From assembly GCA_029246685.1 (NCBI GenBank), contig JAQWMR010000003.1, positions 3,964 to 67,963 of the forward strand: a DNA stretch of 64,000 nt, written 5' to 3'. Positions 50,668-59,824 of this stretch are shown here, in pieces. The translations under genes and the position numbers were made by a program. The notes under the pieces were generated by a model. That model ran no database searches. It saw nothing but the letters and a program-made list of their open reading frames with translations, and was not told the origin of the DNA. This DNA is from Acidimicrobiales bacterium (GTDB lineage: Bacteria > Actinomycetota > Acidimicrobiia > Acidimicrobiales > Aldehydirespiratoraceae). Positions within the stretch are counted from its first letter, which is position 1. Each line of letters begins with the position of its first letter.

Positions 50668-50693
50668 TTCGTGTGCCGTGGTGGTCCGGGTCG

Positions 50694-51066
50694 TCAGGCC
50701 GGCACACCGCCGGCAACCACCGAGCGGTACATCACCCGACGTTCCGAGTAGTCGCGGATCGGGCTGTGCATGACCGAGCGGTTGTCCCAGATGACGAGGT
50801 CACCGACCTCCCACGAATGTTGGCAGGTGAACTCCGGGCGTGTGCCGTGCAGCACAGCACGAAGAATGATGTTGCGTCCGGCCGCCTCGTCCATCCCGTC
50901 GATCTCCTTCGTGAAGGGGTCGTTCACATACAGCGCCTTGCGACCGGTCTCGTCGTGGGTCCGTATGGCGGGATGCAAATTGACCGGCATGTCCGGGCCG
51001 AAGTTCTTGCCGGAGTGCCACGCCTTCGCTTCATCGAGCTGCGAGCGCAACGCCTCGGGCAGCGTA
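50694..51066 (-). pseudogene. TauD/TfdA Fe/2OG dioxygenase, C-terminal half only
   Basis: HPAIRTHDETGRKALYVN, HSWEVGDLVIWDNRSVMH, R.MYR; HxD half and start missing. Confidence 0.88.
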
Positions 51067-51617
51067 AGGTCGCGTCGCAGCCGATGAGATCCGGCTCGGC
51101 GCGCACGACGAGTCGGGCCGGCGTGACGCTGGTGCCGGATCACCGGGCCCTGTTCACGCGCCTCACAACGCTCGAGAACCTCCGCGTCGCCGACCCGTCG
51201 GGTGGCAAGGGCGTCGAGGACATGCTCGACCTCTTTCCCCCGCTCCGAACGAAAGCTGGCGTGGCGGCGGGAAAGCTCTCCGGAGGAGAGCAGTAGATGC
51301 TGGCGCTCGCGCGGGCCCTAGTGCAGCGTCCGCAGGTGCTCTTGATCGACGAGATGAGCATGGGCCTCGCACCGCTGATCGTCGAGTCCCTCATCGGGGC
51401 GATCCGCAGCTACGCATCTGCCGCCGGAGCTGCGGTGGTCCTCGTCGAACAGCACGTTCCAGTCGCCCTCGTGGCCTCCGACCGCGTGCTCGTGATGGTT
51501 CACGGCGACATCGTTCTCGACGGCGCGCCAGAAGATGCCGGCGCCCATCCCGAACTCGAGTCCCTGTACCTCGGCGGTGCCCGTCCGGAATCGTCACCCA
51601 GTGACACAACATCCTGA
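51066..51617 (+). pseudogene. LivF-like ABC ATPase, 5'-truncated with internal TAG
   Basis: LVPD.RALF..LT..ENL, LSGGEQ*MLALARAL (TAG 51294-51296), IDEMSMGLAP, VEQ; no Walker A. Confidence 0.88.
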
Positions 51618-51685
51618 GTTGCCCAGACGCGCAACCGTGGTCAGTCCCTGATGCGGGACAGGAACCTGCTCAGAACAGCGGAATC

Positions 51686-51736
51686 GTTGTGAGATTCACA
51701 ACAGCGAGTGGACGCTATAGGACAGCTTTCAAACCC
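51686..51736. repeat. Degenerate copy of the tRNA-Val 3' end plus flanking hairpin (putative distal att site)
   Basis: 51687-51723 matches 59717-59753 at 24/37 ungapped, core CGAGTGG, followed by TCAAACCC vs TCGAACCC. Confidence 0.7.
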
Positions 51737-51841
51737 TAAACTGCCTGTTCACAGCGTTGCGGCCTCTAGGGATCGCGCCCAAAGCGGCAGATGAACCACG
51801 TTGGGTTACGACGACACCGCTCGGAGCACTGGGTTCTGACG

Positions 51842-54106
51842 CTACTGGCGCGACCACTCGCGCCTCGCAGTGGCCTCGTCCTGAGTCGCGTCACGACCAC
51901 CGGCGAGTTGGATGGTGACGTCGTGGAGGGTGCCGCTGAAGGCGAAGGGAGCTGAGTATCGGTCCGAGACGGCCGAGCCGTGATCCTCGCCGACGCTGGC
52001 GCCGGTCGAGGTGAATGTCGACAGGTAGAGCGGGATCGTCGCTCGTCCACACGTGCTCCCGTCGATCGACAGTTCGACCCGGCCCGCCGAGACGTCTCGC
52101 TCCAGGCGCACCGCGAGCGTGCAGTCACCGGTCGGCACGTCGATGCTCGACTCCACGATGGTGTGGTCACCGAACGCGTTGTAGTCGACGACGAGACGCC
52201 TGTTCTGCACGAAGACGGACAACCCGCAGTTCTCGTTGCCGGTGGCGATCAACACGCCGTGGTCGTCGGCCGCGCTGGTGACGCGAGCGCTGATGTCGAC
52301 GACGGTGTCGGTGAGCGACGCAGCCGTTCTCGTCGGGATCGGCGTCATCGGCGGTCGGTAGGTGTAGCGGCGGGTGGGCCGGTGGACCTCGTGGTCGCCG
52401 ATCCGGGGGATGAACAGCTCGAGGCGGCGCTCGTCGAGCGGCAACACGCCGTGACGTTCCGCTTCCTGCCACCAGAGGTCGATCAGCTCGGCCAGACGAT
52501 CCGGATCACGCTCAGCAAGGTCGTTGCACTCCGACGGATCGGCCGAGAGGTCGTAGAGCTCCCAACGGTCGTCGTCGAAATCGGTGCCGGGGAGATGCCG
52601 GGTGACTGCCTTCCACGACACGCCATCGAGTTCGGTGACCAACGCCCGGTTTCCGCCGAACTCGAAGTACTGCAGCGTGTTGGTCGCCGGCGCATCGGCA
52701 TCATCGAGCACCGACGCGAACGAGTGCCCGGTCACCGGCATCTGCTCGACGCCCCGATATGTCTCGGGCGGTGCGACGCCCAGCAACTCGTAGATCGTCG
52801 GCACGATGTCGGAGACGTAGGCGAACTGATTCCGCTTCGTCCCGGCCTGTTCGTCGCCGAGGCCGGCGGGCCAGTGCACGACCAACGGCACGTGCACCCC
52901 GCCCTCGTGGGTGAGCGTCTTGTACCAACGGAACGGCGAGTTGCCGCACTGGGCCCAACCCCACGGATAGTTGGTGTGACTGCGGGGACTGCCGATGTCG
53001 TCGATCCGCTCGATCGCTTCGTCGGGCGACTCCTTGATGCCTTGGAAATGCTTCATCTCGTGCATCGTTCCGGCCGCACCTCCCTCCTGGGAGGCGCCGT
53101 TGTCGGACAAGAGCACCAGGATCGTGTTGTCCAATTCCCCCATGGCCCGAAGCCCATCGACGAACCGGCCGATCTGGTCGTCGGTGTGGTCGAGAAACGC
53201 TGCGAACGCCTCTTGCAGGCGAGCGGCGAGCCGCTGCTGATTGTCGGAAAGGTCGTCCCATGGCTCGACGCCCGGGTTGCGGGGCGCAAGGGTCGTGTCG
53301 GAGTCGATCACGCCCAGCTCGACCTGGCGCTCGAACCAGCGCTGCCGTACGACATCCCAGCCCTCGTCGTAGCGACCCCGGTACTTGTCGAGATACTCCT
53401 GGGGCGCCTGGTGCGGGGCGTGTGTCGCGCCGAACGGCAGATAGGCGAAGAACGGGCGATCGGGGCGCACGCTCTTGTTGTCGTTGATCATCAGCAAGAG
53501 CTGGTCGACCAGGTCTTCGGAGAGGTGGTAGCCCTCCTCGGGGGTCGCCGGCGGATCGATGTGCGAGTTGTCGCGCACGAGCTCCGGGTAGAACTGATCG
53601 GTCTCCCCCGGCAGGAACCCGTAGAAGCGTTCGAAGCCACGACCCAGTGGCCACTGGTCGAACGGGCCCGCCGCAGACACGGCGGTGCCCGGATTGAGGT
53701 GCCACTTGCCGGCACACAACGTGGCATACCCCTGGTCGCGGAGAACCTCGGCCACCGTCGCGGCAGCGTCGGAGATGTGGCCGATCGAGTGGGGAAAGCC
53801 CGTCTCCCAGCCTGCCAGACCCCGCATCCCCACCGCGTGCTGGGACCGGCCGGTCAGAAGGGCCGCTCGGGTCGGCGAACACACCGGTGTCACGTGGAAG
53901 TTCGTGAACTGCACGCCGCCGCCGGCGAGGACGTCGATGTTGGGCGTGTCGATGTCGGATCCGTAGCAGCCGAACTGCGCGAACCCGGTGTCGTCGAGCA
54001 ACACGAACACCACATTCGGCGCACCGTCACCAGGGTGCGGTCGCTCCTCGAAATGCGGCTCCGAATCGGCGAGCGTGCGGCCGATCGTTCCCTTGAAGTC
54101 GGTCAT
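51842..54106 (-). CDS. Arylsulfatase (formylglycine-dependent)
   Basis: LDDTG, CSPTRAALLTG, GKWH, GATHAPH, SDNGAS, C-terminal extension. Confidence 0.96.
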   Translation of the reverse strand: MTDFKGTIGRTLADSEPHFEERPHPGDGAPNVVFVLLDDTGFAQFGCYGSDIDTPNIDVLAGGGVQFTNFHVTPVCSPTRAALLTGRSQHAVGMRGLAGWETGFPHSIGHISDAAATVAEVLRDQGYATLCAGKWHLNPGTAVSAAGPFDQWPLGRGFERFYGFLPGETDQFYPELVRDNSHIDPPATPEEGYHLSEDLVDQLLLMINDNKSVRPDRPFFAYLPFGATHAPHQAPQEYLDKYRGRYDEGWDVVRQRWFERQVELGVIDSDTTLAPRNPGVEPWDDLSDNQQRLAARLQEAFAAFLDHTDDQIGRFVDGLRAMGELDNTILVLLSDNGASQEGGAAGTMHEMKHFQGIKESPDEAIERIDDIGSPRSHTNYPWGWAQCGNSPFRWYKTLTHEGGVHVPLVVHWPAGLGDEQAGTKRNQFAYVSDIVPTIYELLGVAPPETYRGVEQMPVTGHSFASVLDDADAPATNTLQYFEFGGNRALVTELDGVSWKAVTRHLPGTDFDDDRWELYDLSADPSECNDLAERDPDRLAELIDLWWQEAERHGVLPLDERRLELFIPRIGDHEVHRPTRRYTYRPPMTPIPTRTAASLTDTVVDISARVTSAADDHGVLIATGNENCGLSVFVQNRRLVVDYNAFGDHTIVESSIDVPTGDCTLAVRLERDVSAGRVELSIDGSTCGRATIPLYLSTFTSTGASVGEDHGSAVSDRYSAPFAFSGTLHDVTIQLAGGRDATQDEATARREWSRQ

Positions 54107-54133
54107 GTGTACTCCCTGTCTCGGATGGTGATC

Positions 54134-54955
54134 TCAGATGGTGATGGTGGTCAGGTCGTCGCCGATGATCACGTCGCCGTCGTAGTGTGCGGCGGCCCGA
54201 GCGACCCATTCCGGATACTGGTCGGGCGTCGGCGCGGGAACCATGTGGGTCAGGGCAAGCCGCTTGGCTCCCACTCGGGCTGCGGTCTGTGCGGCCTCGA
54301 TGACTCCTGAGTGGTACTCGAGGATGTCCTGCGCCATTTCGCCCGGGAGCAGCTCGACGATGTCGCGGCGCAGGACCGTCTGTACGTACACGTCCGCACC
54401 GTCGGCAAGTTCGTCGACGCCGTCACACGGAATCGTGTCGCCGACCAGCGCCGCCGACGCGCCTTCGTATTCCAGGCGGAACCCGATGGTCGGGCGGACC
54501 GGCGCGTGCATCGTCGCTGCGGTGGTGATGCTCACGTCGCCGATGCGGAACGCATCGCCGGGCTGCAGCTCGGTGACCTCGACCTGCGGGCCTTTCGTGA
54601 GCGGGTCGTGGTGTTCGATGCGGTAGCCGATGTCGTCCTCCAGCGCGTGAAGCTGGCGCTCCACGAAACGGGCCGTACCGATCGGGCCGTAGATCTGGAG
54701 GACCTTCTCCTCTCGGGTTCTGATCCAGTGGGTGGTGATCACGTCGTTGAGGGCACAGATGTGATCGCTGTGCAGGTGCGTGATCAGCACACCGGCCAGG
54801 CGAGCCGGGTCCGATCCGGCGCCCGCCAAACGCATGACGACGCCTCGACCGGCGTCGACGAGGATGTGTGCGTCGCCCGCCTTCACGAGGGTCGAGGGTC
54901 CGGCGCGGTTCGCGTCCGGCAGGGGCGATCCCGTTCCGGTCAGGATGATGTCCAT
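54134..54955 (-). CDS. MBL-fold hydrolase, RNase Z/AtsA-like
   Basis: GTGSPLP, VDAGRG, THLHSDH, HAPV.P, GDT, YHS, LTHMVP. Confidence 0.9.
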   Translation of the reverse strand: MDIILTGTGSPLPDANRAGPSTLVKAGDAHILVDAGRGVVMRLAGAGSDPARLAGVLITHLHSDHICALNDVITTHWIRTREEKVLQIYGPIGTARFVERQLHALEDDIGYRIEHHDPLTKGPQVEVTELQPGDAFRIGDVSITTAATMHAPVRPTIGFRLEYEGASAALVGDTIPCDGVDELADGADVYVQTVLRRDIVELLPGEMAQDILEYHSGVIEAAQTAARVGAKRLALTHMVPAPTPDQYPEWVARAAAHYDGDVIIGDDLTTITI

Positions 54956-54999
54956 CGGTCGTGTGTGTCCTTGATCCCAGCCGGAGGTCCGGCGGCCGC

Positions 55000-55036
55000 T
55001 TGACCGTAGCAAACAATTTGCATACTGTGCGAAATT
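55000..55036 (+). promoter_or_regulatory. SigA-type promoter with overlapping imperfect palindrome (candidate TetR operator)
   Basis: TTGACC (55000-55005) -17 bp- TACTGT (55023-55028); AATTTGCATACTGTGCGAAATT spans the -10. Confidence 0.6.
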
Positions 55037-55057
55037 ACTCTGAAGAAGGTGGTCACG

Positions 55058-56275
55058 ATGAGCGAGCGAGCGAGTGTGGAAGTGACGCCGGGAGTCTGGG
55101 TGTTGGCGGCCCAAGGCAATGCGTTCGCGGTCGAGACTCCCGACGGCGTGGTGCTCGTCGATACAGGCCCTGGCGGCCGCAAGACCGACGAGATGATCGT
55201 CGAGCTGCGGACCCGCACCGACGCCCCCGTCTGGGCGATCTGCTACTCCCACGGACACTTCGGCTACAACTTCGGCGTTCCCCAGTGGCTCGACCACAAC
55301 GCCGAGCGGGGCCATGCGCCGCCTCGACTCATTGCCCACCGCAACCTGCCGCTCCGCTACGCGAGGTACCGGGAGACCGACGGTTACCAGGCCATCCTCA
55401 ACGAGATGCAGTTCCCCGGCATCACGCAGATGTTCACGCCCGAAAAGGTCGACCCGACCGAGACGTTCGACGACCAGATGCTGCTGTGCGAGTCGCCCCG
55501 CGTCGAGCTGCTGTGGACGCCGTCCGAGACCGACGACGCCATCTCGATGTGGCTGCCCGAGACCCGCACGCTCTTCACCGGACCGGCGGTCCCCGCCGAC
55601 TTCATCCCCAACGTCGGCACGCCGCAGCGCTCGCTCCGCCTCACAGGGCGGTGGGCCGACACGCTCGATCGGCTGATCGAGCTGCGCCCCGAAGTGCTCG
55701 TCATCGAGTTCGGCGACCATGTCACCGGCGAGGACCTCATCAACGAGCGACTCACGACAACGGCGCGTGCGCTGCGCTGGCTTCGCGCCGCGGTCGTCGA
55801 CCGGCTCAACCGGGGCCTGAACGAGCGCGAGATCCTCGCTGACCTCGAGTACCCACCCGAGGTGTTCGACTATCCCTGGCTCACCTGGTTCTACGGCAGC
55901 CCAGAGTACATCGTGCGCGATCTCGTGCGTGAGGAGAGCGGCTGGTGGGACAGAAACCCGACCTCGCTGCATCCGTCGCCCCCGGACGAAGTGGCCCGGG
56001 CGACCTTCGATGCCATTGCGGACCCGGACGCGGTGATCGCCCAAGCCGAAGCGTTGGCCGCCGATGGGAACCCGCAACTAGCGATGCATGTCATCGATCT
56101 GGTGGCCCTCGGTCCCGACGAAGAGCCCGCCGTGGTGCGGGCCCGAGCGATCAAGTCCGACCTCTGCCGAGCACGATCCAAGGAGATCGAGCCCGTCCCC
56201 AGCAAAGGCCTCTACAAGTCGAGTGGCATCCGACTCAAGCAGGGGATCATCTCCTGGGAAGGTGTGGTGCAATGA
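55058..56275 (+). CDS. Alkyl-sulfatase (SdsA-like) MBL-fold protein with dimerisation domain; metal motif degenerate
   Basis: VLVDTG, YSHGHFGY, SETDD, PNVGTP...R, YG....IVR, GWWD.NP..L.P. Confidence 0.85.
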   Translation: MSERASVEVTPGVWVLAAQGNAFAVETPDGVVLVDTGPGGRKTDEMIVELRTRTDAPVWAICYSHGHFGYNFGVPQWLDHNAERGHAPPRLIAHRNLPLRYARYRETDGYQAILNEMQFPGITQMFTPEKVDPTETFDDQMLLCESPRVELLWTPSETDDAISMWLPETRTLFTGPAVPADFIPNVGTPQRSLRLTGRWADTLDRLIELRPEVLVIEFGDHVTGEDLINERLTTTARALRWLRAAVVDRLNRGLNEREILADLEYPPEVFDYPWLTWFYGSPEYIVRDLVREESGWWDRNPTSLHPSPPDEVARATFDAIADPDAVIAQAEALAADGNPQLAMHVIDLVALGPDEEPAVVRARAIKSDLCRARSKEIEPVPSKGLYKSSGIRLKQGIISWEGVVQ

Positions 56276-57699
56276 GCGACGAAAGGTCCAGCAACCAGCC
56301 GAATCTGCTGTTTCTCTACGCCGATCAGCATCGAGCCGACGTGTTGGGCTCTGCCGGCAACGCCATCGTCGCCACTCCCCACCTCGACCGACTCGCGGCC
56401 GAGGGGGTCCTCTTCGACCAGGCCTGGACCGAGAGCCCGATCTGCCAGCCGGCCCGAGCGTCGATGCTCACCGGGCGCTACCCGAACGACCATGGCGTGC
56501 TCGGCAACTTCGCGGGCGACTGCCTGCCCGAGTGGGACACCTTCCCTCGCCGCCTACAGGACGCCGGCTACACGACGGCCACCATCGGCAAGACCCACTT
56601 CGACTCGTGGCCCATGACAGCCGAGCCCGGCACCCCTCCTCCGAGCGAGGAGTTCATCGGCAGCTTCGGGTTCGATCACGTCGTCGAGGAGTTCGACCGG
56701 TACGTCCACGTCGGCGACCAGCTGACGCCGTACATGCGCTTTCTGGACGAGCACGGCGAGCTCGAGACGTATCGCGACGTGATCAGGGACAACTTCCGGG
56801 GCGGCGACCGCCACTGGAACGGGGTCACCTCTCCCCTCCCCCAGGAACTCGACCTCACCTGCTTCCTCGCCGACGAAGCGCAGCAGTGGGTCGGCCGCCA
56901 GTCGGGCGACCGACCGTGGATGTTGCACCTGTCGTTCGTGCAGCCCCACGTGCCGTTGATCGGCGACCCCATCTGGGCCGACTACTACGCGGGCGCCCAG
57001 ATCGAACGCACCGCACCGGCGGAGCCCACCGCCGACAACGAGGCCTGGGCCCAGCAGCTCATGTTCATGCGCAATCACTCCCAGAGCCACATGATGAGCG
57101 ACGAGTTCGTGCTCGCCGGCGCCCGCCAGTACTACGCGATGGTGTCGCTGATCGACCAGCGCGTGGGTGACCTGCTCGCCCAGCTCGAGCGAACGGGCCA
57201 GCTCGACAACACCTGGATCGTCTACTGCGCCGACCACGGCGAGATGCTCGGCGACCACGGCGTGATGGCGAAGATGAACTTCTACCGGTCGTCGGTGCGC
57301 GTGCCCCTCATCGTGCGCCCACCCGGCGGGACCGACGGGCGGGTCGAGACCGCGCCGGTTCAGGCGTTCGATGTCGCCGCCACCCTGCTCGACGCCGGCT
57401 CCGCCGCCCCCCTCGACGGCGCACCGGCGCGATCGCTGGTTCCGATGGTTACCGGCGACGGTGTCGCCCGCGAGGCTGCGCTGAGCATGATTCGCATGCG
57501 CCCCGACCTGACGACCTGGCACGCCGTCACCGACGGCGAGTGGCGGGCCACGTTCAGCGCCGACACCGGCGAAGCCGTCGAACTCTTCGATCTGGTCAGC
57601 GATCCGGACGAGGCCGCCAATCGGGTGAGCGACCCGGCTGCGGCCGACGAACTGGCGGGCATGGCCGCGCTGCTCGCCGCGACCCTGGAGGCCGTATGA
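56272..57699 (+). CDS. Sulfatase (formylglycine type, choline-sulfatase-like)
   Basis: YADQHR, TPHLDRLA.EG, CQPARAS.LTG, GKTH, PHVP, ADHGEMLGDHG...K, RVPLI. Confidence 0.93.
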   Translation: MSDERSSNQPNLLFLYADQHRADVLGSAGNAIVATPHLDRLAAEGVLFDQAWTESPICQPARASMLTGRYPNDHGVLGNFAGDCLPEWDTFPRRLQDAGYTTATIGKTHFDSWPMTAEPGTPPPSEEFIGSFGFDHVVEEFDRYVHVGDQLTPYMRFLDEHGELETYRDVIRDNFRGGDRHWNGVTSPLPQELDLTCFLADEAQQWVGRQSGDRPWMLHLSFVQPHVPLIGDPIWADYYAGAQIERTAPAEPTADNEAWAQQLMFMRNHSQSHMMSDEFVLAGARQYYAMVSLIDQRVGDLLAQLERTGQLDNTWIVYCADHGEMLGDHGVMAKMNFYRSSVRVPLIVRPPGGTDGRVETAPVQAFDVAATLLDAGSAAPLDGAPARSLVPMVTGDGVAREAALSMIRMRPDLTTWHAVTDGEWRATFSADTGEAVELFDLVSDPDEAANRVSDPAAADELAGMAALLAATLEAV

Positions 57700-58304
57700 A
57701 CGCGATCCCGATCGACGGCCGCGTGGCCCGAGGCGAGCGAACGCGCCAGGCCGTGGTCGACGCGCTTCTCAGCCTCTACGCCGAGGACAACCTCACCCCC
57801 ACGATCGACGACATCGCCGGGCGGGTGGGAATGACCGCGCGCACGATCTACCACCACTTCGACGACCACGATGCGATCGCAGAGGCGCTGACAGAGCACC
57901 AGCGGCAACAACTCGGGCATCTCACGAAGCTCGAGTTGTCCGGAACCCTCGCCGAACGAATCGACGCGCTGGTCGCCCAGCGAGCCGAGCTCTTCGAGAC
58001 GGTGGCGCCGGTGCGCCGGGCTGCGCTGGCCAACATGCACGCGTCACCGCGGATCCGCAAAGGCCAGGGAAACCTGGCCGCTCGCCTCCGTCGGCAGCTG
58101 ACCCGGACGTTCGAACCCGAGCTCTCGGCCCTCGATCGCAGCACAAAGGCCGAGACCATCGAGCTCCTCGACCTCCACACGAGCTGGGACACCTGGGAGC
58201 GGCTGCGGCGCTGGCAGCGCCTCTCCGTCCCACACAGCCGCGAACTCGTGAACCGACTCGTAACGCAGACCCTCGACACCTCGATCATCGGAGACCCAGA
58301 ATGA
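57696..58304 (+). CDS. TetR/AcrR family transcriptional regulator
   Basis: DGR.ARGERTR, PT..DIA.RVG.T.RTIYHHF; ATGA overlaps on both sides. Confidence 0.93.
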   Translation: MNAIPIDGRVARGERTRQAVVDALLSLYAEDNLTPTIDDIAGRVGMTARTIYHHFDDHDAIAEALTEHQRQQLGHLTKLELSGTLAERIDALVAQRAELFETVAPVRRAALANMHASPRIRKGQGNLAARLRRQLTRTFEPELSALDRSTKAETIELLDLHTSWDTWERLRRWQRLSVPHSRELVNRLVTQTLDTSIIGDPE

Positions 58305-59662
58305 ACCGATCCCGACGCCTCCTCCTCGCCCTCGCGCTCGCCGCGCTCGTCGCCGCGGGGTGCTCGAGCGGGGACAACACCACCGACGTCGCGGACCCGG
58401 ACACAACGACATCGACTCCTGATGCCACCGACACCAGCGCGGTCGACGAGCCGGCTCCCGATGACACAACGGCACCTGACGAAGCGCCGGTCGAACTGAC
58501 CGCGAGTTTCCGCGGTGTCACGGAAGACGTCATCCGGGTCGGGGTCGTGGCGATCGATTTCGACCGACTCGCCGCCGCCGGCGTGGAGATCAACTCGGGC
58601 GACGCGGGCGCCATCTACACCGCCGCGCTCGAGGCCGTCAACGACCGCGGCGGGATCCTAGGACGCCGCCTGGAGATCACCACCGAGACGTACCTTCCCA
58701 TCGGCGGTACGGAGGCCGACGAAGTCTGCCTGCGACTGACCGAGGATGTCGAAGTCTTCGTGGTGGTCGGCGCCATCCGGCTCGATGAGGTGCTCTGCTA
58801 CACGGAAACGCACGACACCGCCGCAGTCACCATCAGCCAGCAGAACCAGGCACGAATCGAACGCTCGAACGCTCCCTACGTGTCGGTTCGAGGCCGCACC
58901 GACACCCGATCCACCGAATGGGTCGACGCCATGGTGGAGGTAGGTGTCTTCGACGGCGAGACCATCGGCGTTTTCGGACTCGCCGACGTCGACGAGGAGC
59001 TCTACTACGAGACCGTTGCGGCCCTCCGCGCCGCGGGAATCGATCCCGTGGACGGTCTGGTCGCCCCGAACGGCGGCGACGTCGTCGCCAATCGAGCCGC
59101 AGCCGAGATCACCCTCGAGAAGCTCCGCGCAGAGGGCGTCACGGTGACCGTCCACGCCAGCTCCATTGCCGATGGCCTCGAGATCGCCGGCAGCATCGAT
59201 TACCAGACGACGTGGCTGCAGAACCCGGCGATCGGCGCCGGATCGCTGACGGCCGGCGGCGTCGACCTCTCCTACGTCGATGGCATGTTGACGTTGATGC
59301 CCACCCCGGTCGGCACGGTCGACCAGTCCGCCATGGCCGACGACCCCGCCGTCGCCGAATGTGTCGCCGTCATCGAAGACCGCACCGACGAGACCGTCGA
59401 CTACGCGCTCGATGCCGAGGAAGGCAACCTCAACCTCGCGATCAACGCGTGCGGCGCCGCCACCATCCTCGAACCCGCTCTGACCGCGGCCGGACCGGTC
59501 CTGACCAACGACTCCTTCGCGGCAGCGCTCGCCGGACTCGGCGAGTTCTCCATGGCCGGATTCCCCTCGGCGTCGCTCGGCCCCGACGACTACGACGCAG
59601 CCGGTGCCGGCCAACTCGCCCGCTTCTCCGCAGCCGAGGAGGCATGGGAATTCGTGGACTGA
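58301..59662 (+). CDS. ABC substrate-binding lipoprotein (Liv-type)
   Basis: Lipobox VAAGC, D/T/P linker, RGVTEDVIRVG, NDRGGILGRRLE. Confidence 0.88.
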   Translation: MNRSRRLLLALALAALVAAGCSSGDNTTDVADPDTTTSTPDATDTSAVDEPAPDDTTAPDEAPVELTASFRGVTEDVIRVGVVAIDFDRLAAAGVEINSGDAGAIYTAALEAVNDRGGILGRRLEITTETYLPIGGTEADEVCLRLTEDVEVFVVVGAIRLDEVLCYTETHDTAAVTISQQNQARIERSNAPYVSVRGRTDTRSTEWVDAMVEVGVFDGETIGVFGLADVDEELYYETVAALRAAGIDPVDGLVAPNGGDVVANRAAAEITLEKLRAEGVTVTVHASSIADGLEIAGSIDYQTTWLQNPAIGAGSLTAGGVDLSYVDGMLTLMPTPVGTVDQSAMADDPAVAECVAVIEDRTDETVDYALDAEEGNLNLAINACGAATILEPALTAAGPVLTNDSFAAALAGLGEFSMAGFPSASLGPDDYDAAGAGQLARFSAAEEAWEFVD

Positions 59663-59738
59663 CTCCTTGCTCGGCCCGGAGATGGACAGACCACGATCGG
59701 GCTTCTTGACCGACCATTGTCGTTTCGACAACGACGAG

Positions 59739-59812
59739 TGGGCGCGGAGGGACTCGAACCCCCGACATCTTCCTTGTAAGGGAAGCGCTCTAGCCAGCTG
59801 AGCTACGCGCCC
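59739..59812 (-). tRNA. tRNA-Val (anticodon TAC), CCA not encoded
   Basis: GGGCGCG TAGCTCAGCTGGCTAGAGC G CTTCC CTTACAA GGAAG ATGTC GGGGG TTCGAGT CCCTC CGCGCCC A; full cloverleaf, 74 nt. Confidence 0.97.
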
Positions 59813-59824
59813 GGAACCTTGAAA

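Larger units (their letters stand above)
51705..59741. mobile_element. Putative tRNA-Val-integrated genomic island carrying sulfatases; recombinase lost
   Basis: Bounded by direct att-like repeats 8,030 bp apart; coherent accessory cargo. Confidence 0.62.

Noticed and set aside
19156-51296. Amber (TAG) recoding suggested by in-frame TAGs at 19156, 28629 and 51294
   Set aside because: TAG is the ordinary stop of many intact genes here (2479, 27839, 35359, 36428, 51842); two of the three cases are in genes with other lesions; no pyl genes or suppressor tRNA seen
51686-51702. GTTGTGAGATTCACAAC as a CRP or Rex operator
   Set aside because: Spacer is wrong for both and it lies between convergent gene ends; better explained as the att-associated hairpin
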